A stretch of 64,000 nucleotides of DNA from an uncultured bacterium (lineage in GTDB: Bacteria > Verrucomicrobiota > Verrucomicrobiia > Limisphaerales > UBA8199): contig CAVVMW010000014.1 of the NCBI GenBank assembly GCA_963749495.1, forward strand, positions 128,001 to 192,000. The letters run 5' to 3'. The position numbers and the translations under genes are program-made. Under the pieces are notes generated by a model. That model searched no databases. It was not told the DNA's origin and worked only from the letters and a program-made list of their open reading frames with translations. The number at the start of each line of letters is the position of its first letter. Position 1 is the stretch's first letter. This document shows positions 23,084 through 31,597 of this stretch, piece by piece.

Positions 23084-25726
23084 TCAATGGGCGCCGAACG
23101 ACACCAGCGTCGTCAACACCCCGGCTGGAGTCACTCGAAAAACCGTTCCCAAGCCACCGGCGCCACCATACGTGGTTGTGCCATAAAAATTGCCATCGCT
23201 TCCCCGCACCAGTGAGCCCTGCGGACTATTGCCATTGGCTCCGTTGAACGAAACCAGCGTCGTCAACGCACCGGAGGGGGCCATTCTGAACACCGTGCCT
23301 CCGCCGCCCGTTGCACTACCACCCGTGCCACCGCCGGCCGTTGTGCCATAGAAATTGCCGTCGCTGCCCTGCACCAGCCCGCTGACGGTGTAACTTCCGT
23401 TGGCGCCGCTGAGGGAGACTGATGTTATCAGGCCGCCGGCTGGGGTCATTTTGAACACCGTGCCAAAGCCATAGCCGCCGGTGAGAGTGAGACTGAGATT
23501 TCCACCATACGCCGTTGTCCCGTAGAAATTGCCGTCGTTGCCCTGCACCAGCCCGGCAGACGGGTTGTACCCGTTGGCGCCGGTGGTGAACACGACCAGG
23601 GTCGTGAGGACGCCGGCGGAGGTCATTTGGAACACCGTGCCGCAGTTATCCGGGCTGTTGCTGCCAAACCAAGACCCGTCTCCCCCGCCCGTTGTGCCGT
23701 AGAAATTGCCATTGGTCCCTTGCACAAGAGCGGCAAACGGAGAGCTGCCATTGCCGCCGTTGAAGGAAACGAGCGTCGTGAGGACGCCGGCGGCGGTCAT
23801 TTGAAACACCGTGCCGCGGTTTTTCACGCCGCCGAGGATGGTTGTGCCATAGAAATTGCCGTCGCTGCCTTGCACCAGCCCGGCCGCGGGATGGCTGCCA
23901 TTAGTCCCGTTGAACGAGACCAGCGTCGTTAACACGCCCGCAGGAGTCACCTCGAACACCGTTCCCTTGCCACTCGCGCCGCCGTATGCCGTTGTGCCAT
24001 AGAAATTGCCATCGTTGCCTTCCGCCAGCGCGGCTGACGGGTATTCAGGCGGTCCTGAAGAGCTACCCGCACTCAAGAATTGGATGACCTCGGGGTAAGC
24101 CAGCGAGGGACCATCCAGCAAATGATCGTCTTCTCCTCGCAGAAACTTGTTGAAAAAGGAAAGCAAGCAGGCTCGTACAATTTGGCTGGCTCTGGCCGGA
24201 GGTAGGAACAGACCGCTCATCGGTGTGCCCGTAAGGATCGTCAGTGACCTCGAATCTAAAATGAGGTCGTAATCGCCGAAGTCACCGTGATCGGTCGAGG
24301 CCAACTTCACCCAATACGCATTGGTCACAAAGTCGGTGAAAAAGTCCAGACGCTCATCCGGCCAACCGGCAACCGACCACCCTGGGTCCGGGTCGGGGCC
24401 GAAACCGGACCGAAAAAACAGATAGGGAAAGCCCGGCGGCTGCGTCAGCAAATTGGTTTCCGCCCACACCCAGTCCATGCTGGCGCAGGCTTTGCAGCGA
24501 GGGTCGCGAAGGCATAACTGGGCCGCGGCCGCTCCGCCGAGAGAATATCCAAAAACCCCAATCTTGTCCAAATCCAACCGCCCGCCCAGGAGGGGGTCGG
24601 CGGCGTTCAAGCTCTGCAGGTCATCCAACACAAACTGCAGGTCCGGCAAACGGCCTCCGATGGCTGCCTCTAGCCCGGCGGCGGTGACCTCATTCAGCGT
24701 TTGGCCGTACACCACTGCCCCATTGGGCAGCACGCTGACAGCCGTGTCGATGGTATCCAGTCCCACCGCGACATAGCCCCAACTGGCCAGGTCTTCCGCC
24801 TTATCCGTGTTCTCCCGACGATGACCACCGGTTCCTGGGTCATAAAGCACGATGGGACACGCAGGGAGATTGGCCGCGAGCGGCGCATTTGACAGCGAAT
24901 GTGAGAAAAACGCCGCAACCTGGCTGCTGAAGTTCCCCCCTCCGTAGCTCGTAAGATTGTACAATGGTGTTCCAGAGGCAACTTGCGGTTCCACATATTG
25001 AGCCGGAAGGATCCCGGCTTGAGCCACCGCCGGATACCAGAAGGTGACCATGAACTTTGCGTTATTGCGGTACGTGTTGGTCATCACCATCGAGACGGTC
25101 CCAACAGGGTATGGCCCGGTGGGCTGAGGCAGAGGTGTGGCCAATTGATTGGTCGCCGTGCGGTAGAAGCGCTGACTGAACTGCAGCGCGTCGGTATCCA
25201 CGAAACGCAGAGTGTCCAGCGCCGTATTCGTGCGTTGCAACGTTGCCAGCGGCGCCCAATCGATCAGGTTCGTCGAGGTTTCCAGCGGATACAGGTCGTA
25301 GTACGGTGCCAAGAGCGCGGTCGTCTCGCCCTTGAAGGTCAAATTCACGGAGCGCTCGGATTCGGCTTGGACGCTGCTGAAGCCGTGCGGCGCGGCAAGA
25401 AAGACTTTGAGCTCCGCCGCTTCGCTCGTGACGGATCCAGAGGCATTGGAAACGATGACGGAGTAGTAGCCGGACTGGGCGGGCTGCGCATTGGCCACAG
25501 AGAGATACGAGTTCGTGGCGCCGGCTCTTGCCGTCCCATCGAACAGCCATTGGTAAGTAAACGGCGCCATTCCTGTGACACCAACACGAAACAGGACGCT
25601 CCCTGATGCATTCACGAACTGATTGGTTGGCGGGCTGGTGATGACAGGTTGGGCCAGGGCCAACCAGGGGGCCAGCCACCCAAGACAGACGCTCACGACG
25701 ATGCTTCTGAGGTGTTTTATGTTCAT
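23084..25726 (-). CDS. Secreted Ig domain + PAF-acetylhydrolase-like alpha/beta hydrolase + GloVer-type tandem-repeat protein
   Basis: RBS AGAAAGGA, signal peptide; PQPTGPYPVG, LASWGYVAVGLD, GYSLGG; about 6 'LVQGSDGNFYGTT..GG...GTVF' repeats. Confidence 0.8.
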   Translation of the reverse strand: MNIKHLRSIVVSVCLGWLAPWLALAQPVITSPPTNQFVNASGSVLFRVGVTGMAPFTYQWLFDGTARAGATNSYLSVANAQPAQSGYYSVIVSNASGSVTSEAAELKVFLAAPHGFSSVQAESERSVNLTFKGETTALLAPYYDLYPLETSTNLIDWAPLATLQRTNTALDTLRFVDTDALQFSQRFYRTATNQLATPLPQPTGPYPVGTVSMVMTNTYRNNAKFMVTFWYPAVAQAGILPAQYVEPQVASGTPLYNLTSYGGGNFSSQVAAFFSHSLSNAPLAANLPACPIVLYDPGTGGHRRENTDKAEDLASWGYVAVGLDTIDTAVSVLPNGAVVYGQTLNEVTAAGLEAAIGGRLPDLQFVLDDLQSLNAADPLLGGRLDLDKIGVFGYSLGGAAAAQLCLRDPRCKACASMDWVWAETNLLTQPPGFPYLFFRSGFGPDPDPGWSVAGWPDERLDFFTDFVTNAYWVKLASTDHGDFGDYDLILDSRSLTILTGTPMSGLFLPPARASQIVRACLLSFFNKFLRGEDDHLLDGPSLAYPEVIQFLSAGSSSGPPEYPSAALAEGNDGNFYGTTAYGGASGKGTVFEVTPAGVLTTLVSFNGTNGSHPAAGLVQGSDGNFYGTTILGGVKNRGTVFQMTAAGVLTTLVSFNGGNGSSPFAALVQGTNGNFYGTTGGGDGSWFGSNSPDNCGTVFQMTSAGVLTTLVVFTTGANGYNPSAGLVQGNDGNFYGTTAYGGNLSLTLTGGYGFGTVFKMTPAGGLITSVSLSGANGSYTVSGLVQGSDGNFYGTTAGGGTGGSATGGGGTVFRMAPSGALTTLVSFNGANGNSPQGSLVRGSDGNFYGTTTYGGAGGLGTVFRVTPAGVLTTLVSFGAH

Positions 25727-25785
25727 AGTGTCCTTTCTGTTTTCAGGTGACGCCCACCTGGGTTTTAGTGCTTGTTTGTTCTTGG

Positions 25786-25917
25786 TCACTTTAGGCTGCC
25801 GCGGAGCGCCTCGTCTCCCGCGCGAGCTTGGTTGAGGAAAGCTGCGCACCTCGGGGGCCTGGCCCGTTGGAGGGCCTCACGAACGATGACGTGTTGCCTA
25901 TCGTCAGGTTGTTTCAT
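25786..25917 (-). pseudogene. Remnant of a Ser/Thr kinase N-terminus
   Basis: EALQR...AAFLNQARAGDEALR resembles the 'ERAAFLDQACAGDEALR' leader of PVC kinases. Confidence 0.45.
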
Positions 25918-26269
25918 AGGCGAAGGCGTTGGTGCCTTCATTGATATATGCGCATTCTGGCGGAAAAAAGTATGGACGAATTTCTCCGTGGATGCCTTTA
26001 AGGGGTCTTTGAAAGCAGCGGTCTGAAGGACGCCAGAGGGTCGGGAGAAGACGCAGGTCATCCCCCTTCCGGGTGATTTCAGAATTCAGAAATTCAATCA
26101 CCCAACCCGCCCAACCCCTGAATGGGCCGTTCATGCCACCCCAGGTGCCGCCTTCTCTGCTCGCGGCTCGTTGGCCGAAAGAACCCAGTCAGCGGCTCGT
26201 GGTAGAAGGCAGCATCAACCCAGCGGCGAAGAAACACAAGACAAGTTTACAGCCGGTCCATCCACTGTG

Positions 26270-26409
26270 AGGGCTGTTGACAAAGTTGTAGCGCAGGTTT
26301 CCAAACCTGCTGTATCGCCGATTTCCAATCGGCGGGGCGGCGGCATGTCGAGCGCCCCAGGTTTGCGGTCGGCCTGCGGGTTTGGAAACCCGCGATACAG
26401 CAGGTTTGG
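26270..26409. repeat. Left part of a REP element split by the recombinase element
   Basis: Matches the reverse complement of 57190-57330. Confidence 0.9.
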
Positions 26410-26738
26410 GACAGTTAGTGCGAACTGCACATGGTGCAGGTGAACTTTTGGGATGGGCGGTAATCACCCACCCCTTCCATCCCCGGCGCGGAGAGCGGTT
26501 CCGGGTGGTCGAAGCCCGGCGCTACCGCGGTCAGGCCACGCTGATTCTGGAGGGGGGAGAAGGTGGCACCTTTTCCATTTTGGAGGACTGGACCGACAAG
26601 GCGGTGCCGACGAGCGCGGGGACCGCGCGCCGGCTGTCGGCGCCCGCACTGCTGGAGTTGGTGCAACTGCTGCGGCAGTTGAAGGCGTCCGGCCCGCCGG
26701 CCTCTTCGAACCAGAAAGGAGTTGACAGATGCCCTTGA
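26410..26738 (+). CDS. DUF5372 (Y4bD/Y4pK-like) small protein whose predicted start codon lies at the other end of the element
   Basis: ITHPFHP..G.RF motif and LLELVQLL tail; the TTG start in the ORF track lies in host REP DNA. Confidence 0.7.
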
Positions 26739-26779
26739 CCGATCCATTATCAGAACAGTTATTTAACTGTTCTGATAAT
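26722..26779 (+). promoter_or_regulatory. Sigma70-like promoter overlapped by a perfect 16-2-16 palindrome
   Basis: TTGACA (26722)-17 bp-CATTAT; ATTATCAGAACAGTTA-TT-TAACTGTTCTGATAAT. Confidence 0.7.
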
Positions 26780-26780
26780 C

Positions 26781-27113
26781 ATGCCCGCTTCCATCGCCAG
26801 CCTGCGCCGCAAACGCCAGGCCTTGATCCAACGCCTGCCTCCTTTGGCCCGGCGCGTGGTTCGCGGCTCGCTCATCGAGCGATACCTGCCCTGCGGCAAG
26901 CCCGGTTGCCACTGCGCCTCCGGCCGCGGTCACGGTCCCAAATACTATTTGTCGGTCAGCTATCCCCACGGCCGTCCCCAACTCCAATACCTCTCTCAGC
27001 AGCAGCACGCCCAGGTCCAAGCCCTGATAAAAAACTTTCAGCACGTGCGCCATCTGTTGGAACAGATATGCGACATCAACCGCCAACTCTTACGCCGCCA
27101 GGAGAAGGTCTGA
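26781..27113 (+). CDS. DUF6788-like Cys/His-rich small protein
   Basis: RGSLIERYLPCGKPGCHCASGRGHGPKYYLSVS. Confidence 0.75.
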   Translation: MPASIASLRRKRQALIQRLPPLARRVVRGSLIERYLPCGKPGCHCASGRGHGPKYYLSVSYPHGRPQLQYLSQQQHAQVQALIKNFQHVRHLLEQICDINRQLLRRQEKV

Positions 27114-27240
27114 GCGATGCAGCCGGCGGCCTTGCGGATCGATCCCCGGCCGGTGGCGCAGGTGGTCGCCACCATGCTCCAGGCGTTCCGTCGGGCTGGC
27201 GCACCCTTGCCTCCGCCGCCTTGGGCGGCCAACGCTGCTT

Positions 27241-29337
27241 ATGAACACCGAGTTGGTCCAGGAAACTCATCGCCAAAAACTGGCCTGCATTTACCTGCGC
27301 CAGTTGACCCTCAACCAAGTGCGCCAGCACCGGGAGAGCACCGAGCGCCAATACGCGCTCCGGGACAAGGCCCTTCAACTGGGCTGGCCGCCGGAGCGGA
27401 TACTCACTCTGGACGGCGACCTGGGGATCTCGGGCAGCCAGATGGCCAACCGACCGGATTTCCAACGAGTGGTGTCGCTGGTCTCCTTACAGAAGGTGGG
27501 CGCGGTTCTCGCCCTGGAGGCCTCCCGCCTGTCGCGCTCGGATCTGGACTGGCATCGGCTAGTGGACTTGTGTGGGTGGACGGGCACGTTGCTCATCGAC
27601 GAAGACGGCGCTTACAACCCCGGGGATTTCAACGACCGCTTGCTCTTGGGACTCAAGGGTACGATGTCCCAGGCCGAACTGCACTTCTTGCGCGTCCGCC
27701 TCCAGGGCGGCAAGCTCAACAAAGCGCGCAAAGGCCAACTGCGTTTTCCCCTGCCGGTGGGCTTTGTTTATGCCGAGGCCGAGGGCATCGTTTTAGACCC
27801 GGACCAGGAGGTGCAGGGCGCCGTGCGCCTGGTCTTCAGCAGCTTTGGGCAAACCGCCAGCGCTTACGGAGTGGTGCAGCATTTTGCCAAGCACCAGTTG
27901 CTCTTCCCCAAGCGCAGCTACGGTGGAGTCTGGAACGGGCAGTTGCGGTGGGGCCGCTTGAACCATGGCCGCGTCCTGAGTCTATTGCGCAACCCGGCTT
28001 ACGCCGGGGCCTATGTATTCGGTCGGCGGCGAACCTGCAAAAACTTCTCGCCCACTGGCCAGATGCACAATACCGTCCGCTCTATGCCTTTGGCCGAGTG
28101 GCAAGTGAACCTGCCCAACCAACATCCGGGCTACATCCCCTGGGAGGAATATCTGGCCAACCAGCAGCGGCTGGCGCAGAACCAAACCAACGCTTGCCCT
28201 GGCGCCGCCGGTTCGGCGGCGCGCGAAGGGCCGGCGCTGCTGCAAGGTCTGCTGGTCTGTGGTCAGTGCGGGCACCGGCTCTCCCCGCGTTACGTGGGAC
28301 AGGGCGGTTGCCTGGTTTGGTATGAATGCAACTGGCGGCGGCGAGAACTGGCAGGCAAAGGCTGCTGGTCGGTTCGTGGCGACCTGCTGGATGAAGCCGT
28401 CGCCCGGCGGATCTTGTCGGCGCTGGTGCCGGCGCAGGTGGAAATCGCCTTGGCTGCCGTGGCGGAGGTGGAACAGCGCGACCAGGCGTTGGAGCATCAA
28501 TGGCAGCTCAGAATCCAGCGAGCCGAGTATGAAGGGCAGTTGGCCCAACGGCGCTTCGAGGAAGTCGATCCGGCCAACCGTCTGGTAGCAGCGACGCTCG
28601 AACAACGTTGGGAACACGCCTTGCAGCAACTCGAAGGGTTGCGCCAGCAATACCGGCAATATCAGGAAAAGCAAACCCCGCCCTTGTCGGCGGAGCAACA
28701 GGCCCAGGTACGATTGCTGGCCGAGGACCTGCCGCGGCTCTGGCAAGCGGCCACCACGACCGCCAAGCAGCGCAAGTGCATTTTGCGGCTGCTGCTCAAG
28801 GATATTACACTGGAAAAGCGGCCGGCAACGCACCAGGCGATCTTGCATTTGCGCTGGCAAGGAGAGGCCACCGAGGACCTCGTGGTCGAGCTGCCGCTTA
28901 ACGCTGCCGACCGCTGGCGCTACACGGAGGCCCTCGTGAGCAAAGTGCGGCAACTCGCCCAGCAACAGACCGACCGCCAGATTGCCCTCACCCTGAACCA
29001 GGAAGGCCTCCGAAGCGCCAAAGGCCGAGCTTTTACCGTCAGTATGGTCGCCTGGATTCGGTGCAAGCACCACATTCCGGCCCCAGTGCTGCAACAACCC
29101 GGCGAGTTGACGGTGCAGCAACTGAGCCAAAAGTTTGCCGTTAGCCAATACGTGGTTCACTATTGGCTCAAGAACGGACTGGTGACAGCTCGAAGAGCGC
29201 GACCCGACGGCCGGATGTGGATCGCGTTGACGGCCCAACAAGAGCAGGCGTTGCGGGCTTGGGTGGCCAACTCCAAGCGGATCGCCAAATCAAAAAGCCG
29301 GCAAGCCCTAAACGAAATTGCACCAGGTGTAGTATGA
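27241..29337 (+). CDS. Large serine recombinase (resolvase + recombinase + Zn-ribbon + coiled coil + HTH); catalytic Ser codon reads Leu
   Basis: YLRQLT..QV...ES..RQY, DLGISG, EASRLSR, FNDRLLLGLKGTMS, LRNPAYAGAY, LLQGLLVCGQCG, VDPANRLVA. Confidence 0.92.
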   Translation: MNTELVQETHRQKLACIYLRQLTLNQVRQHRESTERQYALRDKALQLGWPPERILTLDGDLGISGSQMANRPDFQRVVSLVSLQKVGAVLALEASRLSRSDLDWHRLVDLCGWTGTLLIDEDGAYNPGDFNDRLLLGLKGTMSQAELHFLRVRLQGGKLNKARKGQLRFPLPVGFVYAEAEGIVLDPDQEVQGAVRLVFSSFGQTASAYGVVQHFAKHQLLFPKRSYGGVWNGQLRWGRLNHGRVLSLLRNPAYAGAYVFGRRRTCKNFSPTGQMHNTVRSMPLAEWQVNLPNQHPGYIPWEEYLANQQRLAQNQTNACPGAAGSAAREGPALLQGLLVCGQCGHRLSPRYVGQGGCLVWYECNWRRRELAGKGCWSVRGDLLDEAVARRILSALVPAQVEIALAAVAEVEQRDQALEHQWQLRIQRAEYEGQLAQRRFEEVDPANRLVAATLEQRWEHALQQLEGLRQQYRQYQEKQTPPLSAEQQAQVRLLAEDLPRLWQAATTTAKQRKCILRLLLKDITLEKRPATHQAILHLRWQGEATEDLVVELPLNAADRWRYTEALVSKVRQLAQQQTDRQIALTLNQEGLRSAKGRAFTVSMVAWIRCKHHIPAPVLQQPGELTVQQLSQKFAVSQYVVHYWLKNGLVTARRARPDGRMWIALTAQQEQALRAWVANSKRIAKSKSRQALNEIAPGVV

Positions 29338-29347
29338 AACCACCGTC

Positions 29348-29407
29348 GGAAACCTGCGCTACGCTGGCGTCCCTGGCGCACAGGCGCGCCGAGCGACTCT
29401 GTCAATG
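29348..29407. repeat. Right part of the split REP element
   Basis: ggaaacctgcgctacgctggcg...ctgtcaatg matches the reverse complement of 57132-57191. Confidence 0.9.
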
Positions 29408-29442
29408 CCCCCCGGCCCCGCAAAAAACCTGAAAAAGAGGGC

Positions 29443-29471
29443 TTGCAAAGTCCGGCGGATGAGACTAAGCT
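29443..29471 (+). promoter_or_regulatory. Putative sigma70 promoter of the rpsP operon
   Basis: TTGCAA-17 bp-TAAGCT. Confidence 0.6.
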
Positions 29472-29544
29472 GCCCCCTCTTTTTCGAGAGCCTGGCTGGC
29501 AGGCCGCGTGCAGCGGCCGGCGGCGTCAAACGAAATGATGATGT

Positions 29545-29823
29545 ATGGCAGTTAGAATTCGCATGAAGCGGGTGGGGACAAAGAACACGCCCGTGTTTCG
29601 CATTGTGGTGGCGGACGCCCGCAGCCCTCGGGATGGCAGATTCATCGAGGGGCTGGGGACGTATCAGCCGCTGAACAAGGGCAATAATTTCACGTTGAAC
29701 CTCGAGCGGGCCAATTACTGGCTGAGCAAGGGGGCCCAGCCGAGCGAGACCGTGGCCAGTTTTATCCGCAAGGCCCGGAAGGCCGCGGCCCAAGCCCCGG
29801 CCGTGGCCTCGGCGCAACCTTGA
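29545..29823 (+). CDS. rpsP: 30S ribosomal protein S16
   Basis: [11 protein letters not shown]...[23 protein letters not shown]...GAQPSETV. Confidence 0.97.
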   Translation: MAVRIRMKRVGTKNTPVFRIVVADARSPRDGRFIEGLGTYQPLNKGNNFTLNLERANYWLSKGAQPSETVASFIRKARKAAAQAPAVASAQP

Positions 29824-29853
29824 GCTGCCTGGTTTTGTCCGTTGTCTTGTCTT

Positions 29854-30099
29854 ATGCAGGCCTTTCTCGAATATGTGGTCCGGGGCCTGGTGGCGCACCC
29901 GGAGGCGGTCACGGTCACGCCCGTCGAACGGGAGGGGACGACCGTGTATGAGTTGCGCCTGCACCCGCAGGATGTGGGCAAGGTCATTGGGCGGCAGGGG
30001 ATGACGATCAACGCGATTCGCTCCCTGTTGCTGGCAGGCAGCGCCCGCAAGGGGTTGCGCTGCACGCTGGAGATCGTCGAGGAGCAGCCGGCAAGCTAG
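29854..30099 (+). CDS. khpA: KH-domain RNA-binding protein
   Basis: [20 protein letters not shown]; follows rpsP. Confidence 0.9.
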   Translation: MQAFLEYVVRGLVAHPEAVTVTPVEREGTTVYELRLHPQDVGKVIGRQGMTINAIRSLLLAGSARKGLRCTLEIVEEQPAS

Positions 30100-30188
30100 G
30101 CCGGGCCGCTCCCAGGCGGGTGGAGCCCGCAGGCCGCCGGGCGCCGCGGCGCTCCATGGGCCGGCGCCGCGGCTGTGACGGACACGAG

Positions 30189-30854
30189 ATGAGAATTGAC
30201 GTCCTCACCCTGTTTCCCGCGATGTTTGCCGGGCCGCTGGATGAGAGCATTATCAAGCGGGCACGGGAGACAGGGCGGCTGGATTTGCGCATCCACAACT
30301 TGCGCGATTATGCGCACGACCGCCACAAGACGGTGGATGACCGGCCGTTCGGCGGCGGGCCGGGCATGCTGCTCAAGCCCGAACCGATCTTTGAAGCCGT
30401 GGAGGATTTGGCAGACGCCAAGGCGCGTGTGATATTGTTTTCACCGGCCGGGCGCACTTTCAACCAGGCCATCGCGCGCGAGTTGGCCGGGCAGGAGCGC
30501 CTGTTGCTCATCTCGGGCCATTATGAGGGCTTCGACGAACGGGTGCGCCAGGAGTTGGCCGACGATGAGTTGTCCATAGGCGACTACGTGCTGACCAACG
30601 GGGGCCTGCCGGTGATGGTGGTCATCGACGCGGTGGCGCGGCTGCTGCCGGGGGTCCTGGGCGACGACGAAAGCGCGCGGGAAGAATCGTTCAGCCACGG
30701 CCTGCTGGAGTATCCGCAATACACGCGGCCGGCGGAGTTCCGGGGCATGAAAGTCCCCGAGGTCCTGCTCTCGGGCAACCACGCGCAGATCGCGCGCTGG
30801 CGGGACGAACAGTCCCGGTTGCGCACGCAGCAGCGCCGGCCGGACCTGCTTTGA
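30189..30854 (+). CDS. trmD: tRNA (guanine37-N1)-methyltransferase
   Basis: [47 protein letters not shown]. Confidence 0.97.
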   Translation: MRIDVLTLFPAMFAGPLDESIIKRARETGRLDLRIHNLRDYAHDRHKTVDDRPFGGGPGMLLKPEPIFEAVEDLADAKARVILFSPAGRTFNQAIARELAGQERLLLISGHYEGFDERVRQELADDELSIGDYVLTNGGLPVMVVIDAVARLLPGVLGDDESAREESFSHGLLEYPQYTRPAEFRGMKVPEVLLSGNHAQIARWRDEQSRLRTQQRRPDLL

Positions 30855-30858
30855 ATTT

Positions 30859-31257
30859 ATGAATCAGGCATTACTAGACAAAATCGAGTCCGAACACTAC
30901 CGCAAAGAGGCCCTGGATTTCGCCGTCGGCGACACCGTGCGGGTCCACACCAAGGTGGTGGAAGGGGACAAGGAGCGCATCCAGATCTTCGCCGGTGTGG
31001 TGATCGGGCGGCGCGGCCATGGCCTCAACGAGATGTTCACGGTCCGGCGCATCAGCTATGGCGAAGGTGTCGAACGCATCTTCCCGGTCCATTCGCCCCG
31101 CGTCGAAAAGGTCGAGGTCGAGCGCAAAGGCTCGGTGCGCCGCGCCAAGCTGACCTACCTCCGCAAACGCCTCGGCAAAGGCGCCACGCTCGTCAAGGAG
31201 TGGGAAGGCAAAGGCAGCGCCGGCGTGGCGCCCGCCACACCGGCCGAAAAGCCGTAA
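30859..31257 (+). CDS. rplS: 50S ribosomal protein L19
   Basis: GDTVRVH...[10 protein letters not shown]...[15 protein letters not shown]...[10 protein letters not shown]. Confidence 0.97.
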   Translation: MNQALLDKIESEHYRKEALDFAVGDTVRVHTKVVEGDKERIQIFAGVVIGRRGHGLNEMFTVRRISYGEGVERIFPVHSPRVEKVEVERKGSVRRAKLTYLRKRLGKGATLVKEWEGKGSAGVAPATPAEKP

Positions 31258-31361
31258 CGCGCGCAGCAAATTGTTTTCGAGGCGAGGCCGCGAGCCTCGC
31301 CTCTTTGTTGGATCGGGGTGCGTGATCTCCCAATGAGGGCGGGGGTGACACGGCGGGCGGA

Positions 31362-31508
31362 CCCCTCACCCCGACCCTCTCCCCTTCCGAAGGGGAGAGG
31401 GAGGATTCTCGGTGGCGGCTTGAGGAAGCGGAGACGCCGGGAATTCCCCGAAACTGCCGACGCTTCTCCCTCTCCCCTTCGGAAGGGGAGAGGGCTGGGG
31501 TGAGGGGT
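31362..31508. repeat. REP doublet (CCCTCTCCCC...GGGGAGAGGG family)
   Basis: Two inverted hairpin units; a half unit lies in frame at 13316-13360. Confidence 0.8.
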
Positions 31509-31597
31509 CTGCCCGGTACTCCGTCTCCGCCTTCACTGACCAGTTGCACGCGAGGACGCCGCCTGGCCGGTGCTCCTGGATCGAACGAGGCGCCGGT

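Larger units (their letters stand above)
26410..29347 (+). mobile_element. Three-gene large-serine-recombinase element integrated in a REP palindrome
   Basis: GG core at 26408-26409 and 29348-29349; 29-bp imperfect terminal inverted repeats (20/29); host REP resumes exactly after the element. Confidence 0.9.
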
